A stretch of DNA of 13,002 bases, from NCBI GenBank assembly GCA_003166335.1, contig PMWA01000109.1, positions 1-13,002 on the forward strand, in the 5' to 3' direction. The notes under the pieces are model-generated. The model saw nothing but the letters and a program-made list of their open reading frames with translations. It was not told the DNA's origin and did no database searches. Each line of letters opens with the position of its first letter. Positions within the stretch are counted from its first letter, which is position 1. The stretch is from Methanobacterium sp. Its GTDB lineage: Archaea > Methanobacteriota > Methanobacteria > Methanobacteriales > Methanobacteriaceae. Of the stretch, positions 1 through 8,791 are shown one piece after another. Both the position numbers and the translations under genes were made by a program.

Positions 1-362
1 AAACCAATTCTAAAATGTGATTTCTTAGAGTTAAAATTGAAAATCAACCCTATTATGAATGACAATGAAAGAAGACCGCGGATCAAAAAATTAACCGTCA
101 TAATGTAACCATACGGACCAATGGCTAAAAAGCTTTCAGCTTGAGTGATCGGACTATAATGAGGTGGTAGTAACTGTGCAATTATATCTAAAACTAAATA
201 AAGTACAATTCCGATTATAGTAGCCAAGAAATAAGTACGCGGATTATGAAGCATATCCTGTCTAGAGTGCTTCATTCCGCTGACGGAATCAAATTTATCA
301 GCTCTTTTAGTAAATTTATCCTTTGATTCTTCTATATAATCGTCTGATTCCTTTTTTAACAT
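1..362 (-). CDS. DUF998-like membrane protein, N-terminal part (runs off the left edge)
   Basis: Open frame from ATG at 362 to the window edge: MLKKESDDYIEE...YFLATIIGIVLYLVLDIIAQLLPPHYSPITQAESFLAIGPYGYIMTVNFLIRGLLSLSFIIGLI. A TM helix followed by YSP-x-x-Q-A-x-S-x-LA-x-GPYG is what I recall as typical of DUF998. Confidence 0.75.
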   Translation of the reverse strand, partial: MLKKESDDYIEESKDKFTKRADKFDSVSGMKHSRQDMLHNPRTYFLATIIGIVLYLVLDIIAQLLPPHYSPITQAESFLAIGPYGYIMTVNFLIRGLLSLSFIIGLIFNFNSKKSHFRIG

Positions 363-437
363 TGATTTATATCCTATTTGAATACATTATTTCATAAATC
401 TAATCAAAGATTATATTTAAAACCCTCAAATTTATTT

Positions 438-473
438 TTATAATAATCAAAGTTTCTCTGGAGATTATTATAA
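438..473. promoter_or_regulatory. 11-bp perfect inverted repeat in a divergent intergenic region (possible operator)
   Basis: TTATAATAATC (438-448), 14-nt spacer, GATTATTATAA (463-473). Lies just upstream of a minus-strand TTTAAATA TATA-like box at about 413-420. Confidence 0.35.
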
Positions 474-654
474 GATAAGATTAGATGCCCCATTATTTTT
501 CAATACAATTTTTTAAACCTTAATAATTACATCCATTTTTCGAATTATCTATATTATAAACATTATTATTATAATCCTACGTTAACAAGTTTAGATAATT
601 ATAAATATGCAGTTAGGATATTATATTAACGTATTTAATAAAGGAGAAGAAAAA

Positions 655-1433
655 ATGATTGAAGAATTGAAAACACCACCATTTCTCAGGTAAATCATAA
701 TCATAGTCATTATTCTAGCAGCAGCTGTAGCATTAAAATTCACAGCACCGATTACAAGCCTTGTACTGCTTTCAATATTCCTAAGCATACTCATCTACCC
801 TTTTCTAAGATGGCTAGAGAAAAAAGGCCTCTCTTACAACTTATCAATTTTAGTAACACTCCTCGGAGTTTTTCTACTAGGCGCAGGAATATTAGCTTTT
901 CTCGTGGTAAGATTAGCCCAATTAATTAAAGCAATTCCCAGTTTATCTATAAGCTCCTCCAGCTTTCTAGCGCAATACGGTAATCAAATAATAAAGTTAA
1001 TTATCACGAATATTAATTTATCCCCCTCAGGAGAATTTACAGCATCAGGAATTTTTATAGTATTTGCTGTAATATTCCTAGTTTATGAGCTTCCCCAAAT
1101 AAAAAAAAGACTAACAAACGAATTAGGTGCAGATAACCTACCTTAAAAAAAAGTTTTGCTCTAGTCGGCGATTTCATCAAATACTATATAATCCGAATAA
1201 AAATCAACCTTTTTTATGGAATAGGCGTCGCAGGAATTCTTCTACTCTTTGATATAAATTTTGCATTACTCTAGGGATTATTAACATTTTTCCTAGAATT
1301 CATCCCATATATAGGCATTATAATAGCAGCAATACCACCCGTATTAGTTGCCTGGTCTAAATATGGAATCCAAGGAGCAATAATAATAGGACTATTCTTT
1401 ATCACAATCAATAACACAGCAGAAAACATAATC
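655..1433 (+). pseudogene. AI-2E family (PerM/UPF0118) transporter pseudogene, 3'-truncated
   Basis: RBS AAGGAGA at 641-647, ATG at 655. Reconstructed protein has SIFLSILIYPFLRWLEKKGL, IFLVYELPQIKKRL and FALL*GLLTFFLEFIPYIGIIIAAIPPVLVAW...NNTAENII. Lesions: TAA 691-693, 1-nt deletion near 1138, TAG 1272-1274 at the conserved W of LLWG. The ORF-track entry 904..1146 is a piece of it. Confidence 0.88.
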
Positions 1434-1604
1434 CACGTCGAAATAGGTGTTGGAAGGAAGGATAAAGGCCAAATTATAAAAGCTATTAAAAAGTATCGAT
1501 CTAAATATGGAATTGTAATCTCAAATGCCACAGATAAAATAAAAAAAGAGGATCAAGTGATTTTCATTCCTTTAATAACATTTTCTTATATTCAAGAAGC
1601 TTAA
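1434..1604 (+). pseudogene. C-terminal remnant of an ATP-binding protein (AAA_14/DUF4143-like tail) fused in frame to the AI-2E pseudogene
   Basis: HVEIGVGRKDKGQIIKAIKKYRSKYGIVISNATDKIKKEDQVIFIPLITFSYIQEA* is hydrophilic and basic, unlike the expected AI-2E continuation. It resembles the PVE(I/V)G...Q...YGIVIS...IFIPL ending of archaeal AAA ATPases. Confidence 0.55.
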
Positions 1605-1840
1605 GACTTTTAATGTAGTTTACCTCCGTTAAACTGTGATATCGTTAACCATAACGGTTGTTATAAGGTCTTCAAATCCAAAAATAGCTAATTATATTAA
1701 AACTATTAATATATAAATCTTTATATCAAAAGGGTACCATTAAACTTTACTTTCATTTACAACTTATATATTATGAAATTATTAATGCCAATTAAACAGT
1801 GCGAATAAATATGAGTTAAAAACGAGTGTGGTGATTTAGA

Positions 1841-2087
1841 GTGGACGTAGAAATTGGATTATCCATAAATGATGACAGAAATAAGGTTTGCACATTTGAA
1901 GATGAGAATGTGTTCGGTTCAGATAGTTCTTAAAAAAGATTATTCAAATGTTGAATCGAAACTACGGGATCTGCATATCCTTAAGGACATAGAGGATGCA
2001 TTAAATGATATATCTGAAACTAATGTATTTAAAGAACTAGTGGCTAGCTACGGATTTCTATCTATGGATAAAAAAGATATGGATTAA
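1841..2087 (+). pseudogene. Small acidic hypothetical protein, probably frameshifted near 1912
   Basis: RBS GGTGA at 1830-1834 precedes GTG at 1841 (MDVEIGLSINDDRNKVCTFEDENV...), which stops at about 1933. The +1 frame continues SVQIVLKKDYSNVESKLRDLHILKDIEDALNDISETNVFKELVASYGFLSMDKKDMD*. The track's ATG at 1869 has no clear RBS. Confidence 0.5.
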
Positions 2088-2108
2088 AAAAAAACTTGGA
2101 TATTCATT

Positions 2109-2252
2109 TTAGTCTTTTGTCTTTATTTCTTCATCGCACTCAGGGCATAAATATTCTCCTACTTTTCCAGATTTTTCAATTCCTTTAACTTCATCTTTTT
2201 CTCTTTTGAACCATTTATCGCATCTTCCACATCTCACACTTTCTTCAACCAT
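2109..2252 (-). CDS. 47-aa single-domain zinc-finger microprotein (CxxC...CPxC)
   Basis: RBS GGTGA (2258-2262) 5 nt before ATG. MVEESVRCGRCDKWFKREKDEVKGIEKSGKVGEYLCPECDEEIKTKD*. Two Cys knuckles; below the ORF-track size cutoff. Confidence 0.75.
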   Translation of the reverse strand: MVEESVRCGRCDKWFKREKDEVKGIEKSGKVGEYLCPECDEEIKTKD

Positions 2253-2531
2253 CAAAATCACCAACATACATATATGCTTATATCTTATTTTTTTCCATGT
2301 TTTTGAATCTTATTTGAAGTTTCAAAAATGATTACCAATAATTCGCCCATTTTGAATTTGAATGAAAAAAAATTAATAATAATTTTGTTAACCTAATAAA
2401 TAAATGGAACTATCAGAGAGGGGTAGATATGCAATAATTTGAAATTTTTAAGTGATCTCATTTTTTTTGTTGGCAGGAGAGGATATTTGTTCTCATCATT
2501 TTTGACCCTAAAAATATTATTGTATAAAAAC

Positions 2532-3014
2532 TTAACCTAATTTCAAATATCCTTTTTGAGGTTCATATACAATGCTTTTACTTTTCAATATTCTTAATAT
2601 TTCATAGGCTTCATCTTCAATTATATCATGTTCTAATAGTTCATTAAAAACAGCATATTTTGGAGCTATACCACCATGTTTATCCTCAAATATTTCAATA
2701 GCTGCTAAAAAAATTCTTATTTTATCCCTATCGTTCTCTTATCCTATATACAAGCTATTATCATGAATTATACACTGATCTTCAAACCAATCTTTAACTG
2801 GTACTGTAGGATCGTTCCCCATATCCCTAATTTCTTTTTCTAATCTTCTAATCTGATTAATAAGAGCATCTTCAAGTTCTGATTTAAAATATGGGTCTAT
2901 TTTTCCATATCTAATATGGATCAATGACATGAATTTGAATTTAAGATAGGGATCTGTGTCAGTTAAGTCTTTATGCTTCAATGCTTCAGTAATCAATAGT
3001 TTAAAGTCCTCCAT
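2532..3014 (-). pseudogene. Unrecognised N-terminal domain plus MCM C-terminal winged-helix-like domain, interrupted by an in-frame TAA
   Basis: RBS GGTG (3022-3025), ATG at 3014, 91 codons, TAA at 2739-2741, then the same frame stays open for 68 aa: ENDRDKIRIFLAAIEIFEDKHGGIAPKYAVFNELLEHDIIEDEAYEILRILKSKSIVYEPQKGYLKLG*. This matches the archaeal MCM C-terminal pattern RDK...E..GG.AP...E..LRILK...I(F/Y)EP..GYLK. Confidence 0.72.
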
Positions 3015-3544
3015 ATTCAAACACCACAAATGTTTCAATTCCCTATTAATATTGAAATAATAAGTTCAAAGATAAATACTTATTCAATATAACATCTAAA
3101 AAGATCTCCTCCGAAACAAAATTAATATTATGGGGGTTTAGAGTTTATTTTAGTACTTATCATCGATACTTTCGTTGAACATTGATATTTTTAAGCCATA
3201 TGGTCGGTTATATGAAGTTTAAATTAAAAATAATTAATTTTATTTAAAACATTAAAAGTATAAATGTTATTCGAATATTTTCTATTAAATTAAACATTTT
3301 ACTAATCTTAATTTCTAAAATAATTGTTTTTGCTTAAGATCGATTCGTTACTCTTAAAACATTTGTTCAAACTGAGTCTTCTTATTTAAATAAAGATAAA
3401 AAATTCATATAATTCTGATCTTTGATGGATTATATGAGGTGGAATGATATATATAAAACTTCAAATAAAAACTCGAGGCGGAAATAAATCCAAAAATAAC
3501 TCAAGTTAAAATAATTCGTTTAAAAATAATAATGTTAAAATAAA

Positions 3545-3919
3545 TTAGTGTTGAATTAGCGCTATCCGGACTCCATTTGGATCTTCTATGAATGCAAGGA
3601 TCTCAACTGGCGTTTGTGTGGGTTCAAGGGTAAATTTGGCCCCTTTATATTTGAGTTTTTCGACTGTGGTTTTCATGTCTTCAACTTCCATTCCAACTGC
3701 TATTAGACCCGGTTTTTGGGGGTTTTCTGCAGGGTTCTGGGGGTTTTCTAGAAATTCTATGAGCTCTATGATAGATTCCCCTTCGCCTTTCATGAATGTT
3801 ATATTAAGTCCAGGGCGGGGATTGAATTGTTTATCTATTTTAAGTCCCATTATTTCTGTGTAAAATTTGATTGACTCATCCATATCAGCAACTGCAATGG
3901 TAGTGTATTTAATTTTCAT
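3545..3919 (-). CDS. VOC family protein (glyoxalase/lactoylglutathione lyase-like)
   Basis: [27 protein letters not shown] and [15 protein letters not shown] motifs; 124 aa; AGGGA RBS. Confidence 0.9.
   Translation of the reverse strand: MKIKYTTIAVADMDESIKFYTEIMGLKIDKQFNPRPGLNITFMKGEGESIIELIEFLENPQNPAENPQKPGLIAVGMEVEDMKTTVEKLKYKGAKFTLEPTQTPVEILAFIEDPNGVRIALIQH
3711..3749. repeat. Imperfect tandem duplication with 21-nt period inside the VOC gene
   Basis: GGTTTTTGGGGGTTTTCT (3711-3728) vs GGGTTCTGGGGGTTTTCT (3732-3749), 16/18 identical; encodes [14 protein letters not shown]. Confidence 0.7.
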
Positions 3920-4002
3920 ATTTTTATCCCTAAATGTAATTTTACGAATATATTATTTTTGACAGTATTATTAACATTTACACTATTAAAATAACTTTAT
4001 TT

Positions 4003-4692
4003 TTAGAAAGTATTGTTATATTTTGATCTTTGTATTATTATTTTGAGGTATGCACCTATGAACCCACATACCAATCCATTGACAATTCCCAGTAGGATAT
4101 ATAGTATTAAGTAGAGATATGATCCTGTTAGAAGGGTTCCTAAAAAGAAAGAGATAGCACCAGTAATTAATGCATTTTTAGTTCCGATTACTATACTCTT
4201 AGATAAATAACCAACCATTATTAATAATATGAATGTTAAGAGTGTTAAAAAGCCATGTCCAAATGCTAATATTATTGTTATTACTATTGTTGCAGGTATA
4301 ACCAGGATCCATTGAATATTATGGAAATTTAGTTCATTTTTTATGGAATTAATGAAACCGGATTGCATACCATAAGAATCTCTGTGAATTGTATATTGAC
4401 TTCGATTATTAAGTATATGTTTTCCGATATTATTATAATAGAATTGTCGTAATCGGTTTTTTAGGTTTATTTTTCGAAATGAGAATATGGATTGCATTTT
4501 ATCTTGTAATATTTCTTTTTTTGTAGGTTTTCTTCTTATTGTGAATGGTTTCCAATGAGGATCTATAATATCTAAATTTTCAATATATCTTATTTTACCA
4601 CCGCAATCACATTTATCAACAAAATCTTTTGCTGATTCACCTGATTGCAATTTATAGTAACTTTTACATTTATTACAAATTAGATAACCCAC
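4003..4692 (-). CDS. Membrane protein with N-terminal zinc ribbon and about 4 Gly-rich C-terminal TM helices (possibly DUF5518-like)
   Basis: AGGTG RBS, GTG start. [36 protein letters not shown], a basic linker, then a hydrophobic C-terminus with VGYLS...GTKNALITG and [11 protein letters not shown]. Confidence 0.8.
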   Translation of the reverse strand: MGYLICNKCKSYYKLQSGESAKDFVDKCDCGGKIRYIENLDIIDPHWKPFTIRRKPTKKEILQDKMQSIFSFRKINLKNRLRQFYYNNIGKHILNNRSQYTIHRDSYGMQSGFINSIKNELNFHNIQWILVIPATIVITIILAFGHGFLTLLTFILLIMVGYLSKSIVIGTKNALITGAISFFLGTLLTGSYLYLILYILLGIVNGLVCGFIGAYLKIIIQRSKYNNTF

Positions 4693-5060
4693 TTAAACAC
4701 CTGTAAAATTTTAAAATAAATAGTTATAAATTTTAATATTTAGAAATTTATTTTTTGATTGTTTTATATTATTCGTTTAATAAAATTTGGGTGAACTTAA
4801 ATTTGGAGAATTCCAACCATAATTAATAAAAACGTGGAAGTTTTAGTTAATTGTTCAATGATAATAAAGCTCAATTCTCTAAATTATTAAAAATAGGAAA
4901 TATACTATAAATTTATCATGAAATATAGCCTAATTGATTGATTATTGGTGATTTCTCTGATTTTGTGAAATTATTCTTCTAATTCTGGTATTAATATTTG
5001 AAATATAATGTATAAATTCTACTTCGTTATGACGGATATAACACAGTACAATTTCACAAT

Positions 5061-5279
5061 AAAAAAGTTTACTTTTGCTCTGATTAAAAAATAATCGATA
5101 GAATCACGAACAAGAGCAAATGTTTTGATTCAGTGTAGGATTATCAGCACCGAATCCTTTTTCAAGTCTTATTTTTATTTGGGGAAGTTCATAAACCAAG
5201 AATATGACTGAAAACAGAAGTAAGTTCCAATATCAATAAGTCCAGCAGAATCTGAAACAGGAATATTATCAACAATAAA
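5061..5279 (-). pseudogene. Internal fragment of a second AI-2E family transporter paralogue
   Basis: FIVDNIPVSDSAGLIDIGT/LLFSVIFLVYELPQIKIRLEKGFGADNPTLNQ/TFALVRDSIDYFLIRAKVNFF, with frameshifts near 5221 and 5125. Colinear with the 1000-1215 part of the first AI-2E pseudogene and shares VIFLVYELPQIK exactly. Confidence 0.85.
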
Positions 5280-5553
5280 TGTTGTTTTCGTATATAATTC
5301 TGAAATAAACAAAATCAAAGAGTATCAGGATGCTAATTATTAAATCATATATACCGAAATTATACACAGAACCAAGTTTTATACCTACAATAAATCCTAT
5401 AGATATTATAACCAATAAAAAGAGTTGATTATTATCAAAACTGATAACAACGATTCAAAAAATTATATTATAGTGCTTTTCCTCAATTGAAATTTCTTTT
5501 AATATATGTATAATATTTGAATTTAAAATTTAATAAATTTACAAACTTATCTC

Positions 5554-6771
5554 TTATTTTTGGTTACTTCTGCTTATTCTTCTGGCATAAAGGTTGGATA
5601 AAGGAGATGCTGTCAATCCATGGGCAAACACACTTAAAAGCACAGTGACGAAAACAACTGTAATGAAGGTGTTGTCACCAGGGAATACTTTTAATTCATC
5701 TAAAGCTAAAAGGGCCAGTACTATAGAGGCTAAACCTCTGGGACCAAACCAACCAATAAATAATACAGAATCCAAGCCTAGTTTAGTGCCTATCACTGAT
5801 ATGGCTACTGGTAACATTCGGATTACTGTTAAACTTAAAATTGCGTAAATGAGTATCTGCCAAGTTATATTAAAGAGCAGGGGAAGCACTACAATTCCTA
5901 AAAGGAAAAACACTCCCAAGTTTAATAATTGTCCTTCTGTAGCTGAGAAATCTATTAGAATTTTACCCGAGTCTTTAACAATATATCCTAATGCTAAACC
6001 GCCAATAAATGCAGCTATAAATCCACTTCCTCCTAATGCATCTGCTATCAAAAATGTAAGTATTGCCATTGCCAAAAATGCTATTCTCTGGAACTCTGGA
6101 GTGATCCATTCTTTGTCCCGTGCTTTTAAAACCAACCAACCCCCTGCAAGTCCAACACCTAGGCCCACTAATATTCCAAAACCAATCTGTTGGAAAGCAA
6201 CTTGAATAAAGTATACGGAAGGTTTAAAGGCTTCTGCAGCTAAACCAATGGCAATAAAAACAAGAAGGAAAGGAACCGAACCTCCATCGTTTAATCCGCT
6301 TTCAATTTCTATGGTACTCCGTATCCTTTCTGGTACTTTTTTATTTTGAACTACTATCTGTCCTAATGCTGCATCAGTGGGTGCCAGAGCAGCACCTATA
6401 ATGCCCGCTACCCACCAGGGTATACCGGGAAATAATAAAGTCGCTATTATAACTCCTAAAATGATAGTAATGGGCAAACCTATGGTGAGTAGTCTAGTGC
6501 TCAGATTATTCTCAAGGGCTTTTAAACCTACACGGGAAGCATCACTGAAAAGAACTAGAACCAGAGCTATTTCTGCTATCAAAAAAATTAGGGTAGAATA
6601 CGGAGGCTTGGTTACATCCACATATCCAGTAACCAACCATCCAATCAACATCCCAGCAACAATAAATATCATCTGAAAACTAATTGGCAGCTTACCAATT
6701 ACACTAGAAAAAATCGCTACAATCAATAGTATTATGAAAAAGAAAAGAAGTTCAAACACTAAAACCACCAT
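5554..6771 (-). CDS. Cation:proton antiporter, CPA1/NhaP-like family
   Basis: About 12 hydrophobic segments; LVLFSDA, GAALAPTDAAL, IESGLNDG and GWFGPRGLASIVLAL motifs. The true start may be the GTG at 6759, which has a GGTGG RBS. Confidence 0.93.
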   Translation of the reverse strand: MVVLVFELLFFFIILLIVAIFSSVIGKLPISFQMIFIVAGMLIGWLVTGYVDVTKPPYSTLIFLIAEIALVLVLFSDASRVGLKALENNLSTRLLTIGLPITIILGVIIATLLFPGIPWWVAGIIGAALAPTDAALGQIVVQNKKVPERIRSTIEIESGLNDGGSVPFLLVFIAIGLAAEAFKPSVYFIQVAFQQIGFGILVGLGVGLAGGWLVLKARDKEWITPEFQRIAFLAMAILTFLIADALGGSGFIAAFIGGLALGYIVKDSGKILIDFSATEGQLLNLGVFFLLGIVVLPLLFNITWQILIYAILSLTVIRMLPVAISVIGTKLGLDSVLFIGWFGPRGLASIVLALLALDELKVFPGDNTFITVVFVTVLLSVFAHGLTASPLSNLYARRISRSNQK

Positions 6772-7222
6772 ATTAAATTAGTTAACTTTTAAAATTATAT
6801 TGGAAATGTTTACTTAAATAATTATAATAATGATAGTCTATTGGATAATCAAATTATTGAGATAAATCAACTATAATTGTGAAGAAACATTTAAATTTAA
6901 GTAGTTTAGTAGTAAGAGTTATGTATAATTACTGTGATTTCGTTTTTAGAAAGTTATTTATACTAGAATGGAATATAAAGTAATATGGTAACCCTATGAT
7001 GAAAATGCGTTTATATGACGATATTCGAGAATTCAGTTATTAATCCTTATTATAATAATAGAAAAATTTTTTAAATCAGTAATCTAAAAATTCAGATCTA
7101 TTTTATTAAATATGTGTCATTTTACTAGTCATGATCTGAAAATGCCGTCTAATTATGTAACTTAAAATTTTTAGTATCTCTTATATTGATTGATTTAAGA
7201 TAATTAAGGGTTTTTTTGCATT

Positions 7223-8083
7223 TTAATTAATATTTTTCATCATACGTTCTGGTAATAAGAATACAGCACCTAGGAAGAAGCAAATTGCTCCTGTAAACGT
7301 TCCTAAACTCGTTAAAGTTAAACTAATAGGTAGACCTGTGCTTGGTGATACATATGAAGCAATTGCAGATACTCCGAATGCTATTGATCCTATTAAATTA
7401 AGTGCTACAATTCTCCATGATATATTGGAGGGTTTTAAGGACCAAAAACCATTCCCCACTTCAGTCCATGCCAGATAACTTGCTGTAAGAAAACATATGG
7501 ATCCATAAACATCAGGACTCCAAACCAGATAATTAATGTTACTAACTAAAAGGAAGCTTTGTAAAGCTGCTAAGGTGCTGATATTAAAGAATAAAGTCCC
7601 ACCGAATTGTATTAATGTTGACCACCAGTCTATACGCCTTGGTTCCCATGTAAGCAAGCGTAATTTTTCTATGATGTGTCTGCATAAATGTATTGGAGCA
7701 TTAATAGATTCAAGATATTGTAAAAAAGCTGCAGTTGTAAAGAATATTGAACCTATGAAAAAAATTTCATAACTAACTGCATTATTCAATATTTTAATGT
7801 ATATTTGAGATGCTCCTAGTGCAAAACATATGGCTCCAATTGCAAATAGGATTCCTATCCACCAGCTTACAGCACTAGGAGCCCACCAAATAGAACCAAG
7901 GTTTTTGTCAAGATTAGAATGATGTTTCCGATAATAACGAGAATTCCAAATTACAGAGCGACCTTCAGAATTTTTAAAAGTTGCTTGTGTTCTGAAGGGT
8001 CCCGGACCTTCACTTGTTTTACATGAACAACTCTTTGGAGATTTAACATAAGGCTTCGTTTCACAGTTATTATCCATACCCAA
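7223..8083 (-). CDS. Hypothetical integral membrane protein (about 6 TM, possibly YrhK-like repeats)
   Basis: GAGGGGG RBS, TTG start, 286 aa. Repeated helix motifs FAIGAICF, FFIGSIFFT, QFGGTLFFN, DVYGSICFL, NLIGSIAFG and TFTGAICFF. Confidence 0.8.
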   Translation of the reverse strand: MGMDNNCETKPYVKSPKSCSCKTSEGPGPFRTQATFKNSEGRSVIWNSRYYRKHHSNLDKNLGSIWWAPSAVSWWIGILFAIGAICFALGASQIYIKILNNAVSYEIFFIGSIFFTTAAFLQYLESINAPIHLCRHIIEKLRLLTWEPRRIDWWSTLIQFGGTLFFNISTLAALQSFLLVSNINYLVWSPDVYGSICFLTASYLAWTEVGNGFWSLKPSNISWRIVALNLIGSIAFGVSAIASYVSPSTGLPISLTLTSLGTFTGAICFFLGAVFLLPERMMKNIN

Positions 8084-8791
8084 AAGTTATTCCCCCCTCA
8101 TAGAATTCTATTTTATCCAATATTATCATTATATTTTTTTTTTATATCCAATTTCTGATGGAAATATTTAATAATTTTTGGGGACTGTTAATGTTTTTTC
8201 GTGTGCTTCCCTTATTGAACTAACTGATTATAATCGCATAACTCAATTATTAAAATGTAATATTATATGGTCTATACGATGTATTTCCAAAAATTGTTTT
8301 TATCCATTGGGAATGTAATTATTACTAAATGCTTTAAGTAAGTTGAATAAGTATTTTTTCCAAGTAAGTCGCCCATTAAATTCACTATTTACTATGGCTG
8401 ATGCTGATGCTGGTACTGCAGGGGGTCTTGATGTCGCGGTAACACTTTTATTATCTGTAATATGCACCTTTATAAATAATCTCCATCCGATGATTGATTT
8501 TACTTATCTAAATCTTAGTAATTAATGGCAGTATCTCCAACTTTTAATGCTTTAAAATAGTTATGATTCTAAAAAGGATGCCTTGCTGGCTTTTTTTTAA
8601 TGTTTACATTTTCTTTTTAACCAGTACTTATTGATAAAAAAAAAGAAATTATAATACATTCACTTTTTTATTTTTATACTATAAATTAAAAAAAATATAT
8701 ATTATAAATCAGTTATTTACTGAAACATTTGTAAATGGATAAATGAAATGATTTAGGGAAAATTCTTAGTAATTTAGGGGATTTTGTCAAA

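Noticed and set aside
1271..1531. 86-aa minus-strand ORF
   Set aside because: Antisense shadow of the AI-2E/ATPase chimera, whose plus-strand reading has family motifs.
1603..1672. Possible structured RNA (CCGTTA...TAACGG and AAGAC...GTCTT pairings)
   Set aside because: Stems are only 5-6 bp and match no RNA family I recognise.
2470..2495. tRNA-3'-like string on the minus strand (CAAATATCCTCTCCTGCCA)
   Set aside because: No TTC T-loop, no pairing T-stem and no following T-tract.
3436..3510. 21-codon ORF after GAGGTG (MIYIKLQIKTRGG...)
   Set aside because: RBS spacing is only 2 nt, the ORF is very short and it has no motif.
3588..3863. 91-aa plus-strand ORF
   Set aside because: Antisense to the VOC gene.
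5270..5455. Hydrophobic minus-strand open stretch (QLFLLVIISIGFIVGIKLG...ILILFDFVYF)
   Set aside because: No start codon or recognisable family, and T-rich DNA readily gives hydrophobic translations. It may be a relic but cannot be supported.
5594..6676. Three plus-strand ORFs (5594..5848, 5849..6205, 6377..6676)
   Set aside because: Antisense shadows of the CPA1 antiporter.
7536..7772. 78-aa plus-strand ORF
   Set aside because: Antisense to the 286-aa membrane protein.
8343..8525. 60-aa plus-strand ORF
   Set aside because: TTG start without an RBS and no motif.
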